From Gammaproteobacteria bacterium (lineage in GTDB: Bacteria; Pseudomonadota; Gammaproteobacteria; Steroidobacterales; JABDKV01): a stretch of DNA of 64,000 nt. The notes under the pieces were generated by a model, which saw nothing but the letters and a program-made list of their open reading frames with translations, made no database searches and was not told the DNA's origin. The stretch covers positions 26,104 through 90,103 of the forward strand of contig JABDJB010000016.1 in NCBI GenBank assembly GCA_013003425.1. The letters are read 5' to 3'. Of this stretch, positions 36,574 through 45,533 are shown piece after piece (the stretch's first letter is position 1; every line of letters starts with the position of its first letter). A program made the translations under genes and the position numbers.

Positions 36574-37647
36574 TTGCGCTCGATAATCAACAAGTATCTG
36601 ACCCGCGAGGTTTTCTCCGCATGGCTGGCGGTTACGGTCGTGCTGCTGTTTATCCTGCTCAGCAACCAGTTTGCACGGGTGCTGGGCGATGCGGCGGCGG
36701 GCAAGCTGCCGCGCGACGCAGTATTCCAGATCATCGGGCTGACCTCGATTACCTACCTGACGGTGCTGGTACCGGTCAGCTTGTTTCTTGCGGTGATGCT
36801 GGCACTGGGCCGCCTGTACATGGACAGCGAGATGTCGGCCATAAATGCCTGCGGCATTGGCCCGCTGCGGGTCTACCGCGCTGTATTTGTCGTTTCACTG
36901 ATCCTGACGATGTTGCTGGCATGGTTGTCGATGTATGCATCACCATGGGCCGCGCGACAGGCACAGGTGATTACGGAAAAGTCAAAACAGCAGGCCGGGC
37001 TCGGCGCACTGGAGCCGGGCCGTTTTCGTTCGGATAACGGCGTTGTGTTTTATGCCGAGCGGGTCGACGAAGACGGCGTCATGCGTAATGTATTCCTGCA
37101 GCGTCGACGCGGGCAGAGCATTGAGGTCGCCGTCGCAGAGTCTGGGCAGGTAATCCGCAATGCAGACGAGACAACCGTGCTGTTGCGCAACGGTCGTCGC
37201 TACGAAGGAGAGCCGGGCACCGTCAATTTTCGAATCGTCCGGTTTGGCGAGCACGGTATTCCCGTTGCCCGCAGAGAGGCGTCGGCGACGGCGCTCGAGC
37301 GGGAGGCATTGCCCACCAGCCAGCTGCTCGGCTCCAGCAGGCCTGCCGATGCCGCGGAACTGCACTGGCGTATCGCGGCGCCGATAAGCGCGATGCTTTT
37401 GGGCTTGCTTGCGGTGCCACTGGCGCGTACGCGGCCGCGTCAGGGCCGGTACGGCAGGCTGGCAATAGGCGTGGCGGTGTACCTGGTTTACGCAAACCTG
37501 CTCGGTGCGGCGCAGGTCTGGATCCAGCAGGGCAAACTTCCGCCGCTGGTCGGAATGTGGCCGGTGCATGCACTGCTGGCTGCAGCTGCCGGGGTGCTGT
37601 ACTGGCGTGAGTTGCGGCTGCGCAAACCAAAACGGGTGGCTGTATGA
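36574..37647 (+). CDS. lptF: LPS export ABC transporter permease LptF
   Basis: (M)RSIINKYLTREVFSAWLAVTVVLLFILL matches the LptF N-terminus, and the gene is divergent from pepA. I infer the start at TTG 36574. The track ORF opens at 36493. Confidence 0.88.
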   Translation: MRSIINKYLTREVFSAWLAVTVVLLFILLSNQFARVLGDAAAGKLPRDAVFQIIGLTSITYLTVLVPVSLFLAVMLALGRLYMDSEMSAINACGIGPLRVYRAVFVVSLILTMLLAWLSMYASPWAARQAQVITEKSKQQAGLGALEPGRFRSDNGVVFYAERVDEDGVMRNVFLQRRRGQSIEVAVAESGQVIRNADETTVLLRNGRRYEGEPGTVNFRIVRFGEHGIPVARREASATALEREALPTSQLLGSSRPADAAELHWRIAAPISAMLLGLLAVPLARTRPRQGRYGRLAIGVAVYLVYANLLGAAQVWIQQGKLPPLVGMWPVHALLAAAAGVLYWRELRLRKPKRVAV

Positions 37648-38711
37648 GTACGCTGGACCGCTACATCCTCGGGGCAGTAATCCGCGGGACATTGATGGTG
37701 CTGCTCGTGCTGCTGGCACTCAATTCTTTCGTGAGTTTTATCAGCCAGGTCGACAATGTCGGGCAGGGTAGCTACCAAACAGCCGATGCCATCGCCTTTG
37801 TCGCGTTAAATTTGCCGTCGATGACCTACTGGATGCTGCCAATTGCGACACTGCTTGGTGCGTTGCTGGGACTTGGCAACCTTGCGTCGCACAGCGAACT
37901 GATCGTCATGCGCGCAGCCGGCGTGTCACCGTGGCGGCTTGCCCGCAGCGTGATGCTGGGTGGCATCGCCATCGTGTTGCTAGCGGTTGCCCTCGGTGAG
38001 CTGATAGCGCCGCCGGCCGAACAATACGCCAAGCGGCACCGGACCATGGCGCTGCACAACCAGTTGAGCATGGCGCAAGGTCAGAGTGGCTGGATTCGCG
38101 ATGGCAACGTGGTCATCAACATCGAGCAACTGATGGAAGGTGATCGCGCAGGTGGTATCTACGTTTTTACCTTTGATGAAGAGCGCCGTTTGCAAAGCGT
38201 GGTGCAGGCACGCAGCGCCAGCTTTGACGAGCAGGGTCGCTGGTTACTGGATGATTCGCGCAAGACGGAATTTCTCGACGATCGGCTGCAGGCTGAGAAA
38301 AAGTCACGGCTGGCGCAGCAAACGGCATTGAGCCCCGGGCTGCTTGGGCTCTCTGTTGTAGACCCGGACAGCCTGGCCAGCCGGGGGCTGTATGCCTATA
38401 TCAACTATCTGCGCACCAACGGGCTGGATGCTGACAGATATATCATGGCGTTCTGGTCACGAATCGCCACGGTGGTATCTATTGTGGTGATGGCCATGCT
38501 GGCCCTGCCGTTTGTTTTTGGTCCGTTACGCAGCACGGGTACCGGCCAGCGCATGTTTATGGGCATCCTTATCGGCGCGGGCTATTTCCTGATAAATCGC
38601 CTGGTAGCCAACAGTGGTGCAGTGCTGGGCCTGGATCCGGCACTGACGGCCTGGTTGCCTACCATTACATTGCTGGGGATCACGCTGGCGGCGTTGGCCC
38701 GGGTGCGTTGA
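37644..38711 (+). CDS. lptG: LPS export ABC transporter permease LptG
   Basis: MSTLDRYILGAVIRGTLMVLLVL.... 355 aa, with an ATGA overlap with lptF. Confidence 0.92.
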   Translation: MSTLDRYILGAVIRGTLMVLLVLLALNSFVSFISQVDNVGQGSYQTADAIAFVALNLPSMTYWMLPIATLLGALLGLGNLASHSELIVMRAAGVSPWRLARSVMLGGIAIVLLAVALGELIAPPAEQYAKRHRTMALHNQLSMAQGQSGWIRDGNVVINIEQLMEGDRAGGIYVFTFDEERRLQSVVQARSASFDEQGRWLLDDSRKTEFLDDRLQAEKKSRLAQQTALSPGLLGLSVVDPDSLASRGLYAYINYLRTNGLDADRYIMAFWSRIATVVSIVVMAMLALPFVFGPLRSTGTGQRMFMGILIGAGYFLINRLVANSGAVLGLDPALTAWLPTITLLGITLAALARVR

Positions 38712-39129
38712 TACCACCGGTCCATTCCAGCCGGGTACCCGACAACAAGTCGTGCCAGCCGCGTTTTTCGCGATCGATCAGCACCCACCAGAATCCGAGC
38801 CCTGCCGCAAGCCACGACACTGCTGCCAGCAGGGCCCGCCATATTGCTTGCAGAAATGTCACTGTGTCGCCGTTGGCGGCAACAACATGAAGGCGCCACG
38901 CAACCATGCCGATGGTCTGGCCGCCAAATCGCCAGAAACCCGCATAGTAGGCCAGCGCTATAGACGCCACATAGCCCTGGTACCACAGCGTGCCAGGCTC
39001 GATAGCATTGCCGCGGGTGAAAAGCAGTGCTGCTGCCGTCGCCGCGATTAAAACCGCCGCCAGAATCAGCGTGTCATAACAGATCGCGGCCAGCCGGCGC
39101 AGCAAACCGGGCGGCGTGGTGTTTGTCAC
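38680..39129 (-). CDS. RDD family membrane protein
   Basis: LLRRLAAICYDTLIL...GQTIGMVAWRLHVV...RGWHDLLSGTRL shows the R-D-D signature spacing. The start is GTG 39129, forming a GTGA overlap with the M14 peptidase stop. Confidence 0.78.
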   Translation of the reverse strand: MTNTTPPGLLRRLAAICYDTLILAAVLIAATAAALLFTRGNAIEPGTLWYQGYVASIALAYYAGFWRFGGQTIGMVAWRLHVVAANGDTVTFLQAIWRALLAAVSWLAAGLGFWWVLIDREKRGWHDLLSGTRLEWTGGINAPGPTPPA

Positions 39130-41081
39130 CGCGCGCGCCGCAGCAGCAGGGCTGTTGCCAGTAGCCACAGTGCATTGCCGCCGCCACCGGATGGCGCTTG
39201 CGGCGGGGTCGGTGCGGGTGCAGGCGGGGCAGGGGCCGGGGCAGTCGCAGCGCGAAACGCACTGCAGGTGGGTTGTTGGCCCGCCGGGGCGGCAGCGTCC
39301 GGGTCGTTCGCAAAATAAATCACAAAAGAACAATTGGCACCACCCACATCACCGGGCTGCAGTGCCGAGTCTTCATAGCCATTCCAGTACCCGCTGTTCC
39401 AGTCCACCGGTGTCGCCGGGTTTGCATCCAGCTGCATTTGCGCGAAATCCGTCAGTGCAAGTTGCACGGTTGCAGCTGTGGGCGTGGAGGCCGACGCTGG
39501 CGTTTGCGACCACGGCAGCTCTACCGAGAACGCATCACCACGCCAGTTCTGGTAGCCATCGGGTGCGCCACCCGGCTGGTCCAGCCAGCTGCTGGACGTC
39601 ACATCGGCAAAAAAGGCGATCGCAGAGTCGGTAGTCGCCATTTCGAGCTGTTCTGCGCTGCTTGCCTGGCCAGGATAATCAGCTGGCAAATCGTTTGAGT
39701 CGAACCAGCGCATCGGCTTGGAAAATCCAACCCAGATGCGGTGATCTTCCGCTGGCACCAGCGCGCGCGACACATCGACCTGGAGTCGGCGACTGTCGCC
39801 GTCGGCCAGCCATCTTGCATCGTAGACAACCTCGTCACGTGTCAGGTTTTTGATTTGTATTGCGTTGACAAAGGGTGGCCCGGCCTGGCGGTAAAAGCCG
39901 AGCAGGTGAGTCCGCGCCATTTCATCGCGCACTCGTGCGATCTCACCGTCCGGCAGGACAAAGCCACTGTGTGAAACGCCGCTTCCGCCATAATCCTGGC
40001 CGCCATTACGCGGTTCGACTTCCAGTGTCCAGGCCGGGATCTGGAATTCGTAGGCGAAGTAGTCTGCGACTGTTCCAATGCCCAGCGAGCCGGCCGGATC
40101 CGGGCCATAGCGATACTTGAAACCGGTGACAGCGCGCATGCGGTTAGCAAGGTCGGCGGTAATTGAATCGCGTCGCGTGTTGCCGGTTTGTGGCGTGAAA
40201 TAGATTTGCGTAAAGGAATGGACGTCGATGCCCAGACGCAGCCGATCAGCTGGCCCCAGCTGCGTTGCAGCGCGCAGGGCCTGGATCTCCGGCTCGGATG
40301 ATGCAGCGCTGCCACGATAAACCAGGCTGATACTGTTGTTGCTGGACCCGCCGTTCAGGGCAAAACCGTAGACGCTGTTGCGGTTGAGGTCGACGCCAAA
40401 AAAACTGTCGTCCGTAGTATCGAGGTCTTCATCAACCAGACTGCCCGCCGGTCTGCGCATATTCTTGCGCCGCATGCGCCCGTCACGCGGCTGGCGAAAA
40501 TCGGCTGTCACCCGGGTAGGAAAGTTCTGTGTCTGGATAAAGCCATCAATATTCAGGACCGGGATCAGAACCACATTGAAATTGTCATGCAGGAACTGGC
40601 CAATGCTGCCGTCCCCTGACAGCTCGACCAGCTGCTCGAAAATTTCGGTGACCACCTCCGGTGACTGCCATTCACGCGCATGAATGCCACCATTAATGAT
40701 TGCGGCGCCTTCCAGGCTGCCGTCGGCCGAGACGTTATCCGGATCGCCCAGCACATAGGCCCAGATGTCGCGACCTGAACGGGTCTGCCCGACAATTTGC
40801 CCCGCAACCGAGGGTTCGGTCAGCAACAGGTCCTGGTGGCGTGCGTACAGCGCGCCGTAGCTGCGAAACCCGCTGACTGCGGTTAGTGAATCGACCGGTA
40901 TCGGCGGCGCATAGCCCAGCGCGAGATTACCGCTGCTGTTGTCGTTTTCCGTGTAGACAAACTGGGAGTCGCGACAGGCCGGATCGTCCGGGTTACTGAT
41001 AGTGCCGCTCTGGTCAAACTGGCAAACCGCGTTTGCGGTCACCGGCAGCAATAGCAAAAGCAACGCAACGCGTGATCTCAT
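39126..41081 (-). CDS. secreted M14-family zinc carboxypeptidase with GlyGly-CTERM sorting tail
   Basis: Signal peptide MRSRVALLLLLLPVTANA. M14 motifs GGIHAREWQSPE, GVDLNRN and IDVHSFTQ. About 250 aa follow without a domain I recognise. The tail is a Pro/Ala linker, then SGGGGNALWLLATALLLRRAR. Confidence 0.88.
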   Translation of the reverse strand: MRSRVALLLLLLPVTANAVCQFDQSGTISNPDDPACRDSQFVYTENDNSSGNLALGYAPPIPVDSLTAVSGFRSYGALYARHQDLLLTEPSVAGQIVGQTRSGRDIWAYVLGDPDNVSADGSLEGAAIINGGIHAREWQSPEVVTEIFEQLVELSGDGSIGQFLHDNFNVVLIPVLNIDGFIQTQNFPTRVTADFRQPRDGRMRRKNMRRPAGSLVDEDLDTTDDSFFGVDLNRNSVYGFALNGGSSNNSISLVYRGSAASSEPEIQALRAATQLGPADRLRLGIDVHSFTQIYFTPQTGNTRRDSITADLANRMRAVTGFKYRYGPDPAGSLGIGTVADYFAYEFQIPAWTLEVEPRNGGQDYGGSGVSHSGFVLPDGEIARVRDEMARTHLLGFYRQAGPPFVNAIQIKNLTRDEVVYDARWLADGDSRRLQVDVSRALVPAEDHRIWVGFSKPMRWFDSNDLPADYPGQASSAEQLEMATTDSAIAFFADVTSSSWLDQPGGAPDGYQNWRGDAFSVELPWSQTPASASTPTAATVQLALTDFAQMQLDANPATPVDWNSGYWNGYEDSALQPGDVGGANCSFVIYFANDPDAAAPAGQQPTCSAFRAATAPAPAPPAPAPTPPQAPSGGGGNALWLLATALLLRRAR

Positions 41082-42004
41082 CGCTTATCCCGGCTATTGC
41101 CCGCCAGCTGCAGCGCCAGCCGGGCGCGTTGTTGCAACCACCAGTTATCGGTTTGTCCGGCAATGGCCTCAAGCCGGGCCAGGGTATGACGGTTTGCCTC
41201 ACGCGCCAGGATGGCGGCCGCGGTTGCGCCCAGGGTGCGATCCGCCAGCAGGCGCCACATCAACTCGTCTGCCGCTGCCAGCTGCGGGCGCAGGCGGCCG
41301 ATCGCGAATGCGGCGGCAGAGGCTATTTCCGGTCGCTGCAGGGCTGTTTTCAGGACCGCCAGCGCCGCTGGCGCATCGAGGGTCTTTGTGAGTCTGTTCA
41401 GCGCGCTGATGGCAACATCACTGCGGCTTTGCGCTAGGACCTTGACGTATAAATTGCTATCGGCAAGAGCGTGGGCAAATTCGGCTGCCAGTGCGCCATC
41501 ATCGTCGCCGAGGCGTGCCTCGACTTCATGGGAAAATACCGGCAGGTATTTTGCAGGCATCGCTCTGACCGCATCGATTATTCCCGCGCGGGTTGTTGCA
41601 CCGCCGGCAAAATAATTATCCAGAAGTTGTTGATCACCTGAGCGGGCGTGACGCAATGCAGCCCGGCCGGCATTGCGCCGATCCCACTCGCGCAATGCGA
41701 ACCTGGCAGCTGCTCCGACATCGGACTGAGGAACCATGGCATTGCCTTCCTCATGCCTGACAAAAACCTGCGGCGGCCGCAGTGCAAGCTGTTCCAGCAG
41801 CTGCCGGGCGTCGATGGTTTCTTCCTGCCGGCCCAGCTGCTGCACCAGTTGCCACAGCCGGGTCTCGGAATCGACCGAGACCTCGGCCTTTGCCGCCAGC
41901 GCCGCAGCGCGGGCCACAGGCGCAACTTCCGCCCTTGCCACAAGGCATGTCGGCAGGAAGAGCGCGAGGATCAGTATTCGAAAAAGCACTGTTGCATGGC
42001 CCAC
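41078..42004 (-). CDS. secreted HEAT-like repeat protein (hypothetical)
   Basis: Signal-like N-terminus (M)GHATVLFRILILALFLPTCLVARA. Ala/Leu/Arg-rich helical repeats end in QTDNWWLQQRARLALQLAG, which resembles the HEAT_PBS unit. Has a 4-nt overlap with the M14 gene. GTG start with no clear SD. Confidence 0.55.
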   Translation of the reverse strand: MGHATVLFRILILALFLPTCLVARAEVAPVARAAALAAKAEVSVDSETRLWQLVQQLGRQEETIDARQLLEQLALRPPQVFVRHEEGNAMVPQSDVGAAARFALREWDRRNAGRAALRHARSGDQQLLDNYFAGGATTRAGIIDAVRAMPAKYLPVFSHEVEARLGDDDGALAAEFAHALADSNLYVKVLAQSRSDVAISALNRLTKTLDAPAALAVLKTALQRPEIASAAAFAIGRLRPQLAAADELMWRLLADRTLGATAAAILAREANRHTLARLEAIAGQTDNWWLQQRARLALQLAGNSRDKR

Positions 42005-42047
42005 AGGTGGTTGGATTGCCTGCGCGTGGCCAGGTTCAATGCCGGAT

Positions 42048-42122
42048 TGGCGCTCCCTACGGGACTCGAACCCGTGTTCCCGCCTTGAGAGGGCGATGTC
42101 CTGACCGCTAGACGAAGGGAGC
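42048..42122 (-). tRNA. tRNA-Glu (anticodon CUC)
   Basis: The reverse complement GCTCCCTTCGTCTAGCGGTCAGGACATCGCCCTCTCAAGGCGGGAACACGGGTTCGAGTCCCGTAGGGAGCGCCA folds by hand into a 75-nt cloverleaf. It has a 7-bp acceptor stem, anticodon loop CTCTCAA, a 4-nt variable loop, a GGTTCGAGTCC T-arm and an encoded CCA. Confidence 0.9.
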
Positions 42123-42165
42123 TGGCCTTGCCCGCTGTGGAATGGCCCGACGCGGTGAGGGTGCT

Positions 42166-42171
42166 ATTATA
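42166..42171 (-). promoter_or_regulatory. candidate -10 element (TATAAT) for tRNA-Glu
   Basis: A perfect TATAAT on the minus strand 44 nt upstream of the mature tRNA 5' end, followed by a GC-rich discriminator-like stretch. The -35 (TGGAGC at 17-nt spacing) is poor. Confidence 0.35.
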
Positions 42172-42308
42172 CGGACCGTTTTGGGCCGGCTCCAGACAAT
42201 TATTTCCGTCAAACAAAGGCTTCCGGAGGTACTCTGAAAGAGCCTCATATCATCCCGCGATCCGAACACACGGTTTCACGCGCCAGTTTTTCACGTAACG
42301 CCCTGAAG

Positions 42309-43535
42309 GTGCTCAATCGGCTGCACCGGGCCGGCTTCCAGGCATTCCTGGTCGGCGGGGCAGTTCGTGACCTGCTGCTGGGGCATGAGCCAAAAGACTT
42401 CGACGTGGCCACTGATGCCCATCCGGACGACGTGCGTGACCTGTTCCGCAACTGCCGTCTCATCGGCCGCAGGTTTCGCCTCGCGCATGTCCACTTCGGC
42501 CGCGACATTATCGAAGTAGCGACTTTTCGCGGTGACGGCGAAGTGGGTGTGGAAACCGACGCCGCTGGCCGGATCCTGCGTGACAACATTTACGGCAGTA
42601 TCGGCCAGGATGTGTGGCGTCGTGATTTCACCGCAAACGCGCTGTACTACAACATCGCCGATTTTTCGATCTGGGATTACACAGGCGGGATGAAGGATGT
42701 CGCGGCCGGCGTGCTGCGAATGATCGGCGATGCCGAAGAGCGTTATCGTGAAGATCCGGTGCGCATGCTGCGTGCCGTGCGATTCAGTTCGAAGCTGGGT
42801 TTCGACATGCATCCCGACACGGCAGCGCCGCTGACCGTGCTGGCGCCAGCGCTGGGTGATGTGCCACCGGCGCGGCTGTTCGAAGAAGCGATCAAATTGT
42901 TTATGTCAGGGTCGGCACAGCGTGCCTTCGACCTGCTGGGGCGATACGGTTTGCTGCAGCACCTGTTTCCGGCAACCGTCGCCGTCATGGAAATGGAAGG
43001 GGCGGCTTCATTTCGGCAGTTGTTGACACAGGCATTGGAAAACACTGATGAACGTTTTGCCGTGGGCAAATCGATTACGCCGGTGTTTATGTACGCCGTC
43101 ATGTTGTGGGGGCCGGTTACACAGCGCGTAGCGGCGATCCGCAATGAGCGGCATGGCGATGTGTTCTGGCTCCATCGCGCCACGGACGAGATCCTGAGCG
43201 AGCAGCAGGAGCATGTGGCAATCCCGCGCCGCCTGGGTGCTCCGATCAGGGAGATCATCTGCCTGCAGGCGCGTTTCTCTCGTCGTTCCGGGAAGCGTGC
43301 GCTCGGCCTGCTGGATCATCCGCGTTTTCGTGCGGCCTATGACCTGATGCTGTTGCGAGTGGCAGCCGGCGAAGAGGATCCTGATCTGGCGCAGTTCTGG
43401 ACCGAGCTGCAGACAATGAGTCCTGACGAGCAGGCCGAAGCGGTAAACATTTCGCCCCAGGGCGGCTCACGCCGACGGCGTCGTGGCCCGCGTCGCCGCC
43501 GACCGCGTGGTGACCAGGTACCCGATGCAGGCTGA
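42309..43535 (+). CDS. pcnB: poly(A) polymerase I
   Basis: LVGGAVRDLLLG and DFDVAT nucleotidyltransferase motifs and an Arg-rich C-terminal tail. 42309 (GTG) is the first canonical start. PcnB-like sequence ([26 protein letters not shown]) continues upstream in frame to about 42234 (see findings). Confidence 0.92.
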   Translation: MLNRLHRAGFQAFLVGGAVRDLLLGHEPKDFDVATDAHPDDVRDLFRNCRLIGRRFRLAHVHFGRDIIEVATFRGDGEVGVETDAAGRILRDNIYGSIGQDVWRRDFTANALYYNIADFSIWDYTGGMKDVAAGVLRMIGDAEERYREDPVRMLRAVRFSSKLGFDMHPDTAAPLTVLAPALGDVPPARLFEEAIKLFMSGSAQRAFDLLGRYGLLQHLFPATVAVMEMEGAASFRQLLTQALENTDERFAVGKSITPVFMYAVMLWGPVTQRVAAIRNERHGDVFWLHRATDEILSEQQEHVAIPRRLGAPIREIICLQARFSRRSGKRALGLLDHPRFRAAYDLMLLRVAAGEEDPDLAQFWTELQTMSPDEQAEAVNISPQGGSRRRRRGPRRRRPRGDQVPDAG

Positions 43536-44019
43536 GCGCTGGTTACCGGCCTACATCGCCCTCGGCAGCAACCTCGATGATCCGCAGCAGCAGGTGGCAC
43601 GGGCGCTGTCAGCGCTGGCGGGGCTGGAGCAGACTGTGCTGGCGGCACAATCGTCCCTTTATATCTCGGCACCGCTGGGACCGGCGGAACAGCCGGATTA
43701 TGTCAATGCAGTCGCGGCAATGCTGACGCAACAGGCGCCGCTGTCACTCATGACCGCGCTGCTGGCGATTGAAAAGCAGCATGGCAGGATACGCGGTACG
43801 GAAAAATGGGGCCCGCGGACAATTGATCTGGACCTCCTGCTCTACGGTGATACGGTACGTGAGGGGGAGGAGCTGACGCTGCCACATCCGCGTATGTGCG
43901 AGCGGGTATTCGTGCTGCAACCCCTGACTGAACTGGCTCCGGCACTGCGTCTGCCTGACGGGCGCCGGGTGGCCTCGGTACTGCGGCATCTGGACAGCAC
44001 CGGGCTGCGGCGGTTGTAA
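43525..44019 (+). CDS. folK: 2-amino-4-hydroxy-6-hydroxymethyldihydropteridine diphosphokinase
   Basis: Starts at ATG 43525: MQAERWLPAYIALGSNLDDPQQQV...GPRTIDLDLLLYGD...LPHPRM. Overlaps the pcnB stop. Confidence 0.92.
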   Translation: MQAERWLPAYIALGSNLDDPQQQVARALSALAGLEQTVLAAQSSLYISAPLGPAEQPDYVNAVAAMLTQQAPLSLMTALLAIEKQHGRIRGTEKWGPRTIDLDLLLYGDTVREGEELTLPHPRMCERVFVLQPLTELAPALRLPDGRRVASVLRHLDSTGLRRL

Positions 44020-44040
44020 GGCGGGAAACGACTTAGAATT

Positions 44041-44688
44041 ATGTGGCAACCGAAATACATCGCCGTTGAGGGCCCGATCGGCGTCGGCAAAACGACGCTG
44101 GCCAGCCGGCTTGCTGCCAGTTTTGATGCCGAGCTGGTGCTGGAAGAGCCGCAGGATAACCCGTTCCTCGAGCGCTTCTACCGTGATCCGCGCCGTTACT
44201 CATTACCGACCCAGCTTTATTTTATTTTTCAGCGGGCACGCCAGTACCAGGCCATGCGCCAGGCCGACATGTTCGAACCGGTGCGGGTAACAGATTTCCT
44301 GCTGGAAAAAGACCGCCTGTTCGCGCAGCTGAATCTGGACGACGACGAGCTGGCGCTTTACGACCTGGTGTACGAAAAACTGGCAATAGACGCGCCGGTC
44401 CCGGATCTGGTGGTCTACCTGCAGGCGCCGGCCGAAATTCTGCTCAAGCGTATAGCAACGCGTGGTATTGGCTACGAACAGGGTATTACACGCGAGTACA
44501 TGGAGCGTGTCAGTGAAGCGTACGCCCGCTTTTTTCATCATTACGACCGTAGCTCATTGCTGATCGTCAACACCGGGCAGATCGACCTGGTTAATACTGA
44601 CAGCGGCTATGCCACGCTGCTGGAGCAGTTGCGCGGGCTGCGTCCGGGTCGGCATTTTTTCAATCCTGGTCCCGCCGAATTCAACTAA
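44041..44688 (+). CDS. deoxynucleoside kinase family protein
   Basis: P-loop EGPIGVGKTTLA, ERFY and DR-type motifs. 215 aa. Confidence 0.82.
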   Translation: MWQPKYIAVEGPIGVGKTTLASRLAASFDAELVLEEPQDNPFLERFYRDPRRYSLPTQLYFIFQRARQYQAMRQADMFEPVRVTDFLLEKDRLFAQLNLDDDELALYDLVYEKLAIDAPVPDLVVYLQAPAEILLKRIATRGIGYEQGITREYMERVSEAYARFFHHYDRSSLLIVNTGQIDLVNTDSGYATLLEQLRGLRPGRHFFNPGPAEFN

Positions 44689-44698
44689 GGGGATAGCG

Positions 44699-45529
44699 AT
44701 GTATCAACACCTCGGAAAACGGGCGCAGGAAACGCCGCCGGTCACGCTGTCATCTTTGCGAGAAATGAGGGCAACCAGCGAACCCATCAGTTGCATCACT
44801 GCTTACGATGCCAGTTTTGCCGCGCTGGTCGATCTGGCAGGCGTTGACGTCGTGCTTGTTGGCGATTCACTCGGGATGGTCATCCAGGGACACAACACTA
44901 CTGTGCCGGTAACCATGGATGCGATGGTCTATCATTCGGCAGCAGTGGCGCGTGGCCTGTGGCGCCCCTTTCTGATCACCGACATGCCGTTTATGAGCTA
45001 TGCCACCCGCGACCAGGCGCTGCGCAATGCTGCCCGGCTGATGCAGGAAGGTGGCGCAAAGATGGTCAAGCTCGAAGGCGGCGTCAATCAGCTGAACGTC
45101 GTGCGAGCGCTGGCTGCCAACGACATCCCGATTTGTGCCCACATCGGGCTGACCCCGCAGTCGGTGCACAAGATTGGCGGGTTCAAGGTGCAGGGCCGCG
45201 ACGCCGCAGCTGCCCAAGGGATGATAGACGACGCCCGTGCGCTGGAAGATGCCGGTGCTGACATCGTACTGCTCGAGTGCATTCCAAACGAGTTGGGCAA
45301 GGCCATCAGCGAGACCCTGGAAGTACCGGTAATCGGAATTGGTGCCGGCCCCGACGTCGACGGCCAGATTCTCGTGCTGTACGACATACTGGATATCACG
45401 CTCGGTCGTACGCCACGTTTCGTGAGGAACTTCATGGAGGGCGCCAAAGACTGCTCCGACGCGGTGCATCGCTATGTTGCCGCGGTCAAGGATCGCAGCT
45501 ATCCCGCCCCCGAGCACTGTTTCGGCTGA
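44699..45529 (+). CDS. panB: 3-methyl-2-oxobutanoate hydroxymethyltransferase
   Basis: Starts at ATG 44699: ...ISCITAYDASFAALVD...VGDSLGMVIQGH...KLEGG. Confidence 0.94.
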   Translation: MYQHLGKRAQETPPVTLSSLREMRATSEPISCITAYDASFAALVDLAGVDVVLVGDSLGMVIQGHNTTVPVTMDAMVYHSAAVARGLWRPFLITDMPFMSYATRDQALRNAARLMQEGGAKMVKLEGGVNQLNVVRALAANDIPICAHIGLTPQSVHKIGGFKVQGRDAAAAQGMIDDARALEDAGADIVLLECIPNELGKAISETLEVPVIGIGAGPDVDGQILVLYDILDITLGRTPRFVRNFMEGAKDCSDAVHRYVAAVKDRSYPAPEHCFG

Positions 45530-45533
45530 TCAG

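Noticed and set aside
42048-42122. tRNA genes (this one and 60574..60660) as possible integration sites for mobile elements
   Set aside because: I saw no integrase, no direct repeat of a tRNA 3' end, and no phage or transposon gene nearby. The flanking genes are conserved core genes.
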